Below, one piece after another: positions 22,297 to 35,725 of a stretch of DNA of 64,000 nt. How positions within the stretch are numbered: position 1 is the first letter of the stretch; each line of letters begins with the position of its first letter. This DNA comes from Ministeria vibrans ATCC 50519 (Eukaryota > Protista > Filasterea), in the NCBI GenBank assembly GCA_943704425.1, contig CALSCP010001856.1, positions 1 to 64,000 of the forward strand, read 5' to 3'. Below the pieces are notes generated by a model that saw nothing but the letters and a program-made list of their open reading frames with translations, had not been told where the DNA came from and did no database searches. Made by a program: the position numbers and the translations under genes.

Positions 22297-25200
22297 TCAC
22301 GCAAGTGGGCAGCTTGTGTGGTACTCGTCAGTCGACACAGGCGACGACAAGTCGAGTTGTTGCGTCTTGAACGCACCACTAATAATGACATTCTCAATGC
22401 ATCCCACAAAGGCGTTTCCACCCCCAGAGGTCTTGCCAATGGTGAAGGGACCCGTAGCCTGAACAGCAACCTATATATCGCAACGAACGCGTGTGTGAGA
22501 AGAAGACGAGCGATGCTGCAAACATCCAAATGTCAATCAATGTTCTACCTGACCGCCCGGAGCCTTGCCCGTCTTGACTTGTCCGTCGACAAAGAGTGCT
22601 CCATTCACACCACTGCGCGTGGCAACAATGCGATGGAACTTGTTGTCAAGCACACTAATGGAAGTCACAGTAATGAGAGCATCCTACAAACGAAAAAGAG
22701 AAATAAACTAAGCCCGCGAAAAAAAAATGGTAATTTGCCCTTACTCCACCGCCATTGTTAAAGGAGAACTCAACAAAGCCACCTGCAGAGATGGAAACCT
22801 TGAGGAAATCCTTGTCAGGGTTGGACTGGGACGAATCCTGGCCCTGGTAAAGAACGACACCACTGGAGAGGGCGCGCGCACGAAACGACAGAGTGCTCTC
22901 GACGCCCGGTTTGAGCGTGGCATACGTTGCGAAGGACTTGGCCGAGCTGAGAGCACCTACCGAGCTACTGGGCTCGCTGTAGTCCACGTTGACAATTGTC
23001 AGTCCAACCGTGTCTACATCATTCGTAAGAACGAGTGAGTACAAATTATACGCCCATTTTCTGCGTCTACATGTAATTTTATCTACTTATACCTTCCGCA
23101 AAGTCAATGAGCATGTCGTCAATGATAAGATTGCGCAGAGAACCAACAAGTCCGTTATTGTTGGTGCCGCCCTACAATACGCGTGGAGAAAGAGAAAAGG
23201 TAAGCGAGGTGCGCACGTACAATTTGAGAGTGCTTCGAATTCGTACGAGTCCACCAACCCACAGAGGTGAATTGTGCACATGAAGACCGACACTGGTGCC
23301 GGGGGTGGTTGTTGAGCCCTGGAGCACACCTAAAAAGCAATAGTCCGTATCAATGAATGTTTTTTTTTTCTTCTTTTTTTCTCCTTTTTTTTGAATCGGG
23401 GTGGGGCTGAGTGACATACCGTCGACGTAGAGAGTGCTGGACTGAAGGCTACGAGCCCAGGCAAACGAGTGAAACTTGCCATTGTTGACCGCAGAAGTGG
23501 ATGAAACGGTCGCCGAGCCACGTCCCAACTGTAGACAGACATGTGCAACATATTGAGTAAAATTGCTATTTAATTGCTATTGGACACGATATTTATTCTT
23601 ATATTATTTTCTTACGTCGTAGGTGACTTGGAGTAAGCCCGCAGCGGAAAGCGTTACTGTCACAAACTTTCCACTGAGCGAGTCTGACTGCGACAGGATA
23701 GTCTGCTCTGTGCCTGACACCTGTGCCAGGAACATTCCCTTGATGGTGTTGGACGTGCGTGGTCGCACACCCTGGCCCTCCGCCTTGATGTAGCCATCGC
23801 CAAACATTGTCACCTCATCATCGAACACTGTTGCAGAAACCATTGTAATTATCATTAATATATTATAGTATTATTAAAATTAAAAACTGGACATCAGGGC
23901 GTCATCAGTATTGTTTTAGATTTTGCTTTTGTGGGGAGAGGTTGTTGTGTTGTTACCTTGGTCACAGTATTGACCTGTGAGACCACTTTCGACATCACAG
24001 ACACACTCAAACCCGGCGGGATCAGAGGAGCTTGCGACACACACGCCACTTGAGCAGGGTGACGCAAGACAGAGGGAGGCAAAGGTCGAGACACATCCAA
24101 AGACAATGTTGATCTCCTGCGCATTGTCGGACAAGTCGAGGGTGGTACCGGCGACGACAACATTACTGATGCAGCCAACGTAGTTCATGCCCAGAATCAG
24201 GTTGCCGTCTGTGTTGATCGCCACAAGCGAGCCCACGCGGTTGACTGTGATCACTTCGCTGTCAACCGTGAGTGTTCCAGTCGCTAGATCAAAAGCAAGG
24301 AAGAGACAAATATATTAGTACTTTGCCAATTCGAGTCGATCCAAACAATAGCAAAGACTTTTAAGAAGGTACCGGCTGCGGAGCTGTAGGTAAAAGAGAG
24401 AGTGTGCGACTCGCCGTCGTTGTAGGCGCCAATGGTGGTGGCAGTGGCGGGACCACCGCCGGCGTTGAAGGTGACGGAAATACGGCGATCCGCAATGGCA
24501 ATGGTGAGTTCGTCGTTGTTGGTGGAGTCCGAGTGGAACATTTGGAAGATCAAAGCGTCAACGGAGGACGTAGTAAATGTGAGTGAGACGGTGCCATCGA
24601 CAATTTTCGTGGCGGGGTTCGTCACGTGGAGGGTGCTCTGGGTGTTCTCAAAGTTGAACGTGGCGGCTGCGTGCGCGCCCGGGAGCAGGTTGCACGTGTT
24701 GACACCGTCGCCAGTGTAGTCGGGGAAGCAAGCACAAGTGAAGTCGTTTGCCTCCCAGCCGGTGGGCGTGCAGATGGCCAGGCGATGGCAGGGGTCGGCG
24801 AGGCACGGACTCACGAGAGCCGTCTCGCACGAGAGACCCGTGTAGCCCGAGGGACAGTCGCACGTCATGGACTTGCCGTCGGCGATGCACGAGCCGCCGT
24901 TTTGGCAGGCAGGGGAGCAAGTGGAGCGACGATGACGCCACTGGTTGACCTTTTCCGCGACTGACTTTTCAAGGCTCTCTGTCTTGGTCGAGATGGAGTT
25001 GAGCAGCTGCGAGAAGGTAGACGACGCCGAATCGAGGTGAAGCATGGCGAGTGCCTTGGCAGCGGTCGCCTTGGCTGTGGACACGTCGTCCGAAAACGCA
25101 CCCGACGTCATGTTGACGAAGGAGGCAGTCGCACCCTCGTTGGTCATGCCAATGGCACGACGGACAATGGCACGGCACACGTCGACGGCCGCCGAGGCTT

Positions 25201-26058
25201 TCCAGCCGGTGGTAGGCACGTCGTAGGCACGGAACTCGACTGTGGAGATGGGTGCAATTGACGAGTCGGGCTTGTTGAGCGGAAGCACATGTTGCAAGTT
25301 GAGCGAGTGGTACTTCCACACCTTGGAGTCGTCGATGCCGACGGACGAGGCAAGGTCGCCCAGATGCGAGACAGAATGACGCTGCTCGGCCGAGTCGAAG
25401 CGATGGAACATCTCGGCCAGTTTGGCGTGGTTTCGCTGATCAGCGGGTGTCTTGTCAAGAGCATTGATGAGATCGGGATGCGTCGCAGCAATGGACTTGG
25501 TGAAAGGATTGGCATCGCCACCGTAGTGGGAGGTGCCGAAGAGACGACGCAGCGCCGGCTCGACGGACTCGTGCAGAAGCACCAGGTTAGCAAGTGCCTG
25601 TTCTCCGGCGGCCAACAAGCACGAAGCATCAATGTGCACGTGCATTCCCGAACGATCACCAGACTCGACCAGTCCCGACGACTGCAGTCGATCGACGAGG
25701 CTCTCCAGCTCGTATTGACTCTCCAAGGGAGGCGACACCACTTCGTAGCCGTCGTAGACGCCATTGTTGTTGACGTACTCGGGTGCAATGGTCCATGTGC
25801 GGTTGAAAGTGTCGGTGTAGCGCGTGGTACGCAGACGACGGGGCGCATAGCGTGCCGGGTCAATGGGGTGGGCGACCACAGTGATTTCGTGCTCGAGCGC
25901 TCCCGTCGATTGTCCATCGATCACACTCATGAGCTTCTCGTAGTTGGCAGCAGGCGCCTCGTTGACGTGCTTGATGCGCATACCACTGGACTCGGTACCT
26001 GCGTACTCAAGCTCAACGCCAAACGTGGGCTTGTCTACGAATGAAAAACAGTGAGGTG

Positions 26059-26093
<35 letters not shown>

Positions 26094-26235
26094 GTCTTTT
26101 GAACTTGTCACGACCGTGTGTGTAGGAAATGAAGTGATGCGGCTGCAAGGACTGCTCAAGGAGACCACTGCCAACACCTAAGTTGAAAATTCTCTTTTTT
26201 TGTGTTTCTTGTTGTGTCTGTCGCTCAATGAACAT
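22297..26235 (-). CDS. Multidomain protein: putative amidoligase (Amidoligase_2-like), RHRR furin-type site, EGF x2, LamG, EGF, LamG, LamG; 5' end uncertain
   Basis: Exon 26034-24373 encodes FGVELEY, YEVVSPPL, GMHVHID, KYHSLNL, TVEFR, then RHRR, two 6-Cys EGF domains and the start of LamG; downstream exons give YVGCISNV, an EGF, a second LamG (LYVDG, LWVGG, GSLRNL) and a third LamG (DFLKVSI, LFVDG, FVGCIENV); stop at 22297; no TM seen. Confidence 0.8.
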
Positions 26236-26409
26236 TCAAATTATGTACAGTTGGAACAATAGAGGACCATTCGTATGGTAGCCAAAGAGATTCTGTTTCA
26301 ACTTGTACGTTCGTGTTCATTTCCTAATTTTTTTTGTTCAATTTTTGACACACGCTTTCTCTCTCTCTCCTCTTGTCTGTCTATCTCTCTCGCATCACTT
26401 TCTCTATAT

Positions 26410-29400
26410 TCACTTGTGCCCTCCCTCAAAGATCATAATGTCCTGTCGGCACAGTAGACTTTTTATGGTCTTGGCGCGCATTGCGTTGGTCTCCAGGTAG
26501 TTCTCAAAGAGGCTCTGCTGTGCTGCCAGTACGTCGGGTGTGCCCTCGCCGTTAAGCAGCGTGTCAAAGAGCTGCTCCCACAAGTCGCGCTGCCAGTAAC
26601 GCTTCCATTTGAGCTGCGGTTGCCAGCGGCCCGTCTCGGGGTTCTTCTCCACCTGCATGTAGGAGCGGTGCAACAGCGTATGCACGGTACCCAGCAACCC
26701 GTACGTGTCGCACTCATAGCGCCATGACTCCCCCGTCTGCATCGGCACACACTTGAATGAGCTTGTTTCGCTTTTCCCCGAAAATCGCTGTCCCTCCGGA
26801 TACTGGCGCAAATCAATGGCGCGTCCAAAATCCACCAGACGCAGTCCACGCAGTCGCCAGCCGCCCTCCCCATCCGCGCGCCACGTTCGCTCCCACTCAT
26901 TGCTCAGTCCACTTCCCAGCGTCACATCGTCGCCTGTGCCATCCATCTCGGGCGCTACATCGCTACGCAACAGCAGGTTGTCTGGCTTTATGTCACCGTG
27001 CAAAATGCCCGCCAAGTGCATTTCGCGGCACATCTTGAGCAGCTCAATTGTGTAGAAGATCACAAGAGTCTCTTCCAGCTCACGGCCCGTCTGACTGTAC
27101 AGATTGAGTGCCTTGAGCAGAGTAGGCTGTTCGTGGTAGTCGAGGAGCAACACGCTCGACTGGCCTTCGTTGTAGACGTAGGTTCCATGCATTTGGACAA
27201 ACCACGTGCGCGTGTTGACACGCTCATGCAAAGCACTCAATGCATAAAACTCCCAAGGACACGCGGGGGTCTCTACCTTGGCGGCCAACAGTGCGGGCAT
27301 GCCTCGGCGGCCCCCTCCCACCCCTTGGTCAACGCCTTCTTCGTCGTCATCGTCATCGTCAACGCGCTCGACAAGGTACACGGACGCAAAAGCGCCCGAA
27401 CCAAGCAGACGGTCAAACCGTACCGAGTGGGTGACGTCGAGGGAGAGCGTGTCGCCGCGCGAAGCCCGTTCAAAGAGGGGACCGGGCGTAGTCACGGTGT
27501 GATACAGACTCGACGCGCCCAGGTGTGAATCGACAAGGGTAAGGGTTTTCTTAATGGTACTTGCCAAAAAGGGGTTGGGCTCATCGTCGGACTGGTCTTC
27601 GTCGCCCGATGCAAGCTCATCTCGACGACTTTGATTGTTGCATGGGATGTCGAGGGTGGTGTCGTCAATGCTGTCGCTGGTGCCATTGTCGACGGCATCG
27701 CTTGCTGACGATACCAAGCTAGTGTTGACGCTGCTTCCAAAGCTGCTGTTGCCGTGGGAGTCTTCAACGCTCGTCTCCATAATTGGACTTAACTGTTGAT
27801 GAGTTGAGGCGGGTGTTGGGGTGGCGACAACAGGTGCGGCGCTCGGCGGTAGCACGACTGCAACCGGCGTAGCCGCAATGAAGGATTGTTGCTCGGCCAG
27901 GGACGGCACGGCATTCTCATCGGAGAAGATTGCAAAGGGAGTCGACTGGGCAAAGGGTGCAGTCACCGATAGATTTGCCGATTGGTCTGTTGTCACGTTG
28001 GTATCTTCAAACACGACAAAGTCGTCGGCGGAAGTGGTAGTAGGCGCTGCCATGACGCTGCCATCGTCGTTGTTGTTGTCGTCGAATTCGTTGTCTTCCT
28101 CTTCCTCTTCCTCTTCCTGCTCGACTGGGAACTCGTCAAGCGACTGAAGGGCTGCACGGGACATGGCAAATGAGTGTGCAAGACGTTCAGGAGAGGGCGA
28201 GCCGGGTGGAGGTGTGTTCTCGTCGTCGGGTACGTGCCTCTGTGATTGCTGCGGGGACGCGTTGTCGGCAATGGTGCGATCGAGTGAGAGACGCAAGTGG
28301 GTCGGTCGCTGAGGTGACGACGACGACGACGAAAACTGTACGTTGCTAGTGGCATTGTCAGCTCCATCGTCTTCGTACACCGAGAAGCAGATTGGCTCAG
28401 CCTGAGCCATCTGCTGTCGAGCCGCCATGATGATCCGGGTCGTCTCGCCGTCATCCTCGTAGTAGTCAGCTTCATCGTCGCAACCGTCGTTGTTGTCGTG
28501 GTCGTCGAGGGGCGCAGTGAACATGGAGTTGATGTCAGCCAGTGCTGCCTTCATGTTAATTGTGGGCGACGCTGGTGCATTGACAGAGGCAGCCTCGGCC
28601 GCAGCACTGACGGCGGCGGCAGCAGCACGAATGGCGCCGCAGGGCACCTCAAGTGTGAGAGTGTCGCCCCCGCCGGGTGTTGACGGATCAAAGTTAATTT
28701 GACGCACGAGCGCATTGACTGGGATGGTTGCCATCGATTCGTCGTCGTCGTCACTCATGCATGACTGCACTGCCTTTTGCAGAGTTGCAGCAGCGCGCGC
28801 GCGGATGGCATCTTCTGCATCGGTGCGCGCAAGTCGAGCCTCTTCCGCCTGTTGCGCTGCCAATTCCTCTTGCTCCAGTTCAAGCACACGCTGCGCCTCT
28901 GCCTCAATCTCGGCTGCCAAAGCCGCTTCGCGCGCTGCCTGCTGTTGGCGTGCGAGCATTTCCATGGCACGCAGCTCCTCAAAGCAATACTCAACGTTGG
29001 ACGAGGGAAAGAGCACTTGAGGGTCGTAGCTGCGCGCCTCGTTGGTGACGGCATGGCGCATGGTCGTCACGCCCGCCTTGACACCCGCCAAAGGGTTGAC
29101 ACGTACCGCGCTTTGGGTTTTGGTCGAGGGAGCGAGTGCCCCTTCCAGGCGATGGCGCACGGATGACGACGACGACCCAGTCGCAGTTGCACTACTGGCA
29201 TTGGCGTCGGGCTCGTCTTCAAAGATCTCAAAAGCGGGTCTGGTAGGCACGGGTGCACAGCGTTCGCTGTTTTGCGGTTGAACAGCCGACACGTCTGTCC
29301 AAGTGGTGGGCAACTGGCGGTTCTCCTTGTGTTGCGTGCGGGGCTGGGGGAAGGGAGCTTGAGCGCTGCCGGCAGGGACCACGTCACGCGATGCCGTAGC

Positions 29401-30548
29401 GGGCGCACCCTGACTGTCCTCGTAGACCGTAAAGGCAGGACGCGATACGTTGGGACGCGCGCTGCGCATAGCTTGCGCCTGCGCAAGAGGGCGGGCACTT
29501 GCGTCAAGCAGGCGGCTGCGCGGTTGCTGGCGTGGCAGCTCGGGCACGGCCTGACCGCGCTCGGCCGGCGTCGGAAGGTCACCTCGCTCTGCATCTTGTC
29601 GAATTTTGTCAGCAAGACGATGTTGAAAATCGGCATAGCGACGACGCAGGCGGTCGAGGGGACGGGCTGCGCGTTTATTAATGCCGGCCTGGTAGACCTT
29701 GTCAGCACGACTGTATTGACCGGCCTCCTCGAGAACAGATGCCCACGCCTCGTAAAGCGCCGCATGAGACGTACACAAGTTGTTGGTGTACAGGTAGGTG
29801 AAGATGGCCTGAGGCTCGAGACACTTGCTGGCGTAGTCGAGCCACACGCGCAAGTAGCGTATGTCGTTGTGCCAGCACTCGTCGTCTTTGAATTCGCGCA
29901 CGCACCGCTCGAGCAATTCGAACAGTCCCGAGCCTTCCTCGTCGCCCACGTAGTTTTGCTTTGTCCAGCTGATGTACTTTTCCCACATTTCCATAGGATC
30001 GTCACTCTCAGTGTCGCGCAGGGCTCGTTCAAATTCGCTACAAGACATGAAAAAATGATGAGCGAGAGATAGAGAGAGAGAGAGACACACACACACACAC
30101 ACATCGCGCTCAAGGGCGCTTGAAACGGCCCCTTTGCTAGCATTTGAATGTGCTGCACGGAGCGTTATGGATGCTACAGCGCTGTGTGGGGCATAAACGA
30201 GGAGTGCAGATTTGAAAAAAAAAAAAGATTGCAAGACATGACAGGAAACGAAGGGCAGAGGACATTTCAAGCTAGTATTCGCCTTGGGACACAATATATG
30301 CTTATGTTCAGATGGCATTACGGCACAGCGGGCACAAGAGGAAGCGAGACGGAAGGGGACAACATTTTTCAAATTTGACTTTTCGTGTGTTTTTATTACC
30401 TGCGCTCGCTGGTGAGCTCTTCAAGGCGCTGCTCCGAGTGAGCTGATTGAGCCAGTGCCGTTGTTAGTGTGGCGACAGTGCGGCCCGTCTTGAGCGGGAT
30501 CACATTCTCCTTCTTCAGCTCCCAGTCGAAGTTCGCCGGCGACGACAT
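26410..30548 (-). CDS. BUB1: Mitotic checkpoint kinase, ancestral MadBub (BUB1/BUBR1), 2 exons
   Basis: Exon 1 DWELKKENVIPLKTGR (KEN1); TPR DDPMEMWEKYISW..NDIRYLRVW; GLEBS EYCFEELRA; CD1 SPTINMK; KARD LSPIMETS; kinase PWEFY, HGDIKPDN, DFGRAIDL. Confidence 0.93.
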
Positions 30549-30842
30549 GATCGATCAAAATAAAGTGAAACTATAATAATAAAAATATTTACTTTTACTA
30601 TTATTTTGATTTTTGATTATTCATTATTCATATTGTAGTGTCTACTGCGAAAGCATTGTGCTGATTTTTGTTTCGTATATAGTCTAAATACAGTAAATAG
30701 TCTTGTTTTGACATTGAGTTATTTGAGTACATCTCTTGATTATCTTATTAATATTAATATTATTATTATTATTATTAAATTTTTATTGTTGTATGTTGTT
30801 GTTGTTGCACAAAATAATATAATTATCACAATAGTATGGCAG

Positions 30843-32227
30843 TCACGTTTTGTCTCCCTTGTCTGGAACGGGAAGCAGCTCGGAACGAATGGAGATGTCG
30901 GTGGGCAGCGGGTGGTCGGCGAGCTCGTCGTCGTCAGCGTAGTGGCGACCGCGGTCGGACAGACTGGCACGGTGGTTGGAGTCGACGGCACACAACACAC
31001 TGTCGCTCGAGAGGGTACTTGGCTCGCGTGTGTTGACAGCAAAGGGCTCGGTCTCGCCGGTTTGCTGGCGGTTGCAAAAGAGACGCCATTCGCGCAGCAG
31101 TGACCGGCTCAAGAGCACTGCAACACACGTCAGAAACCCCATTGAGGGCGCAAGGGCACACTCCATCTTGTGAATGAAGGGAGCAAAAGACGAATGTTAA
31201 ATGAGAAGATGTACATATCACAAACTGCATACCAGTGAGGTGGCAGTGCTGTAGTCCTGCTGAAGCACAGTGAACACCATTCGGTTTAGGAGTGCGGGTC
31301 CTTCGAACAGCGAGAAAACGACAAGCACAAGGAGGGAGCGGCGCACGATGACGAGAAGGCGAGCACGACGCAGTCCCGATTGATACACGCGCAACAACAC
31401 CATGCCATAGAGGGGTAGCAGAGCAATCCAGACGGCAAGGCCAATGGCGTGCTGCGACTGCCGCAGGCCGTCTGTCGTCTCCGTCTGAGTCGGCGGGATC
31501 CAACACCAGATCTGTTGCGTCCGGCCGTACTCGCCGAGAATAACCAGTGCCAGTGTGTGTGCCAATGGAATCGTCCACGCTACGGCGTGTAGCAGGCGAA
31601 GACGACGCATCAAATGATCTTCGGACGCTCCCTCCAGTGCCCTAACACAGAGGAATCAAACACGCGTTTACACCACACACATACACAAACCATATATATA
31701 TATATCAAATAAGTAGCTTACATGTAGAGGACGGCGCCCACATTTCCCACCCAGACGTAGGATGCGATTACGAAATAGTTCAGCGCGATTGCTTGAAGTT
31801 CGCAAAGTTTCATATTGAACGTCGCATCTACAAAGCCAATTAGCCGCCAGAGTCACTTGACTGTCTCTGTCTCTCTCTATCCCTATCTGCCTCACTACTG
31901 TACCGTATCCACCAACAGAAAGAGGAGGCGGCGCCCAGGGAAGGTAAAAGACCGCAGAGGCCAATTCGCAAACCGCCAAAGCCGCAACAACGTGCAATTC
32001 GGCTGTTCTCAGACGCTTAAGCTTGGCAAAGGTCACTAAAATGAACACTAGAAGAAGACGAATGAGAAGGGCCAGACGAGGAGAGAGAGGAGAGGAGAGA
32101 GAGAGACAGAGAGACAAGAAAGAGAGTGCGTACTTGAACCACTGATGGACAACACGGCACTTGTGCACAACAGCCCCATTGCCGCCCCTTTCTCATTGGC
32201 CAGACCAAAATCAGGTTCGTCTGTCAT
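30843..32227 (-). CDS. 7TM GPCR of the cAMP-receptor-like / GPR157-like group, multi-exon
   Basis: SAVLSISGS|VFILVTFAKLKRLR..LAVCEL; HAVAWTIPL; WCWI; LVVFSLFEGPALLNR; APSMGFL. Confidence 0.75.
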
Positions 32228-32398
32228 CTCCAGCTCATACAAGATACTGAGAGGTTTATAAAAATATTATTCTTTTTATTCAATAATCGATAATCATTCA
32301 AAAATTAGGAAGAGTAATTATTATTATTATTGGTATTATTGGCATTATTTTGTTTTGGATTTTGAGCCATTAATTGAAAACATAGAAAATATTGTACA

Positions 32399-33760
<1,362 letters not shown>

Positions 33761-33925
33761 TGAAATAATTTGATTTTTCATTTTTCATTTATCATTATTC
33801 ATTCTTGAGACTTGGAGCATTGTCAATACATTAATAGTCAAGAATGAAGATCTGGTTGATCCAATGTTGCGAAAGGAACTCGATGGTGTTTGTGTATAAG
33901 AGTAGGTTGTATTTGTACTGTTTGG

Positions 33926-34256
33926 TTAGACGTCGGCGATGGTCACGTCAACATCGACACCCGGCTCAATGCTGATCGAGGTGATCTGCTTCACTGTGTC
34001 GGGGCTTGCCGTCAGGTCAATGACACGCTTGAACACACGCATCTCGAATCGGTCCCAGGTCTTGGAACCCTCACCGTTGGGCGTCTTGCGCGTGGTAATG
34101 CGCAGAACCTGCAAAATGAAAAACACACATGAATGAGAAGAGAAACATCTATCATGACTGTAGCAACACAAAGTGTACCTTAGTGGGGATACGCACGGGG
34201 CCACGCACGGGGAGGTCCTTCTCCTTGGATCGCTTGATGAGCTGAGCGCACACTAT

Positions 34257-34297
<41 letters not shown>

Positions 34298-34460
34298 CAA
34301 TACAATACAATGCGTGTCAGGCCCGCTTCCACTCCTTTCGTCGTGTCTCCTTACCGTTCTCGACCTTCTTCATGTTGGCCGACGAAAGCGTAATGCGAAT
34401 GCGGTGCTTCGGCGACTCGTCTTCAAAGCCGGCCTTCTGTGGTTTCTCAGCCAGTGTTGC
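33926..34460 (-). CDS. RPS20: 40S ribosomal protein S20 (uS10); start exon not located
   Basis: HRIRITLSS; GPVRIPTK|[49 protein letters not shown]. Confidence 0.96.
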
Positions 34461-34503
34461 CTGCACGAAGAAAGACCCAAGAGAGACCAAGAGAGTTAGT
34501 TGA

Positions 34504-34537
<34 letters not shown>

Positions 34538-34839
34538 AAAAATGGGACGAAGAAGGAAAGAGTGAGCGATGACACGTTGCATGCCATTGGGGACCGTCCC
34601 ATATCCATCGGCACAGACAAGTCGGTCGACGCCGTGTCTTCACGGCCTCCCTGGCGATCCGTGGCATGCTTCAAATCAATCTCTCGCCGCTACGACCCTC
34701 ACCAGGACCCCCACACCCCAAAGACGCTCCCGTCCCCCCATGCATCGTATAATGCACTCCCTGACACGCAAACGGTACACTCCGGCGCTGGCATGAGCGA
34801 AAAGACAAAAAAAAAAAAAAAAAAAGGGGNNNNNNNNNN

Positions 34840-35343
34840 GAATCAAATGCATCGTCGCAAACGGTTCCCCACTCGCCACAGTACTTGATCTCGAGACGGC
34901 CCTGGTTCGTGCATCACTATTAGTGTCGCACGGTCTCCATGAAGGAAGCCTTTGCACGAGCACACAAGCGCATATACCACCAAGGCAGTGTGCGTACAGT
35001 AGCACAAGGCGCATCCCGTGCTCAGATGAGGACGGGAAGTCCCTTAAACAGCGCAGCAAGGGCCCACGTCTTTTTTTTAAACATTCGTCTTAACGACTCA
35101 AATTGACAGTTGACAGCAAAATATAAATGGGAGTACCAAGCGACAAGGAGGCGCAGAGAGCCGGGGAAGTTGCAAATGGTTGAAAGGAGAAGGAGGAAAG
35201 AGAAGAGCGAGAGCGAAAAAAAAGAAAAAAAAAGAAAAAAAAAAAAGAAAGAGAGAAGGTACAATCGTACCACACTTGGAGGTGACAGGGGCAGCCGAGG
35301 CTATGGCAATAGTGGCCAGAACAAACGTCAGCACAGAGGCCAT
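34840..35343 (-). CDS. 5' fragment of a secreted SRCR (scavenger receptor cysteine-rich) domain protein, truncated by an N-gap
   Basis: Signal peptide MASVLTFVLATIAIASA in exon 35343-35271; exon from 34901 reads GRLEIKYCGEWGTVCDDAFD (SRCR signature); intervening exon structure unclear. Confidence 0.75.
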
Positions 35344-35725
35344 TTCTGAATATATAAAATGAATGATTACGACTGATTCTTTTTGAGAATAATGGCAAAT
35401 TCTCTAACGTACTTCTATACTCAGTAAGGTCTGTCTGTGAGACGATGGCCGGTGGACGTGTCACGAATCACGTGTACTTCCTACTCTGAGTAGTCTCTAG
35501 CTAGCTAGGTGACCTTTAGATTCTATGAGATTTCTCATGGCAGTCTTCAGTCTTCGCACACTCAACTGTCTCACCTTGCGCCCCACATATTTTTTTTAAA
35601 AGATACTAAATTAAATATTGTATGTTGGTAATGTTGCGCTTGGAAGCCGCCCGTACTAGTGCCCAACTTGTCAAAAAGAGAAAGATACAATGATTAGTAA
35701 AAATTTGTACATTAGTTGAGTTCAT

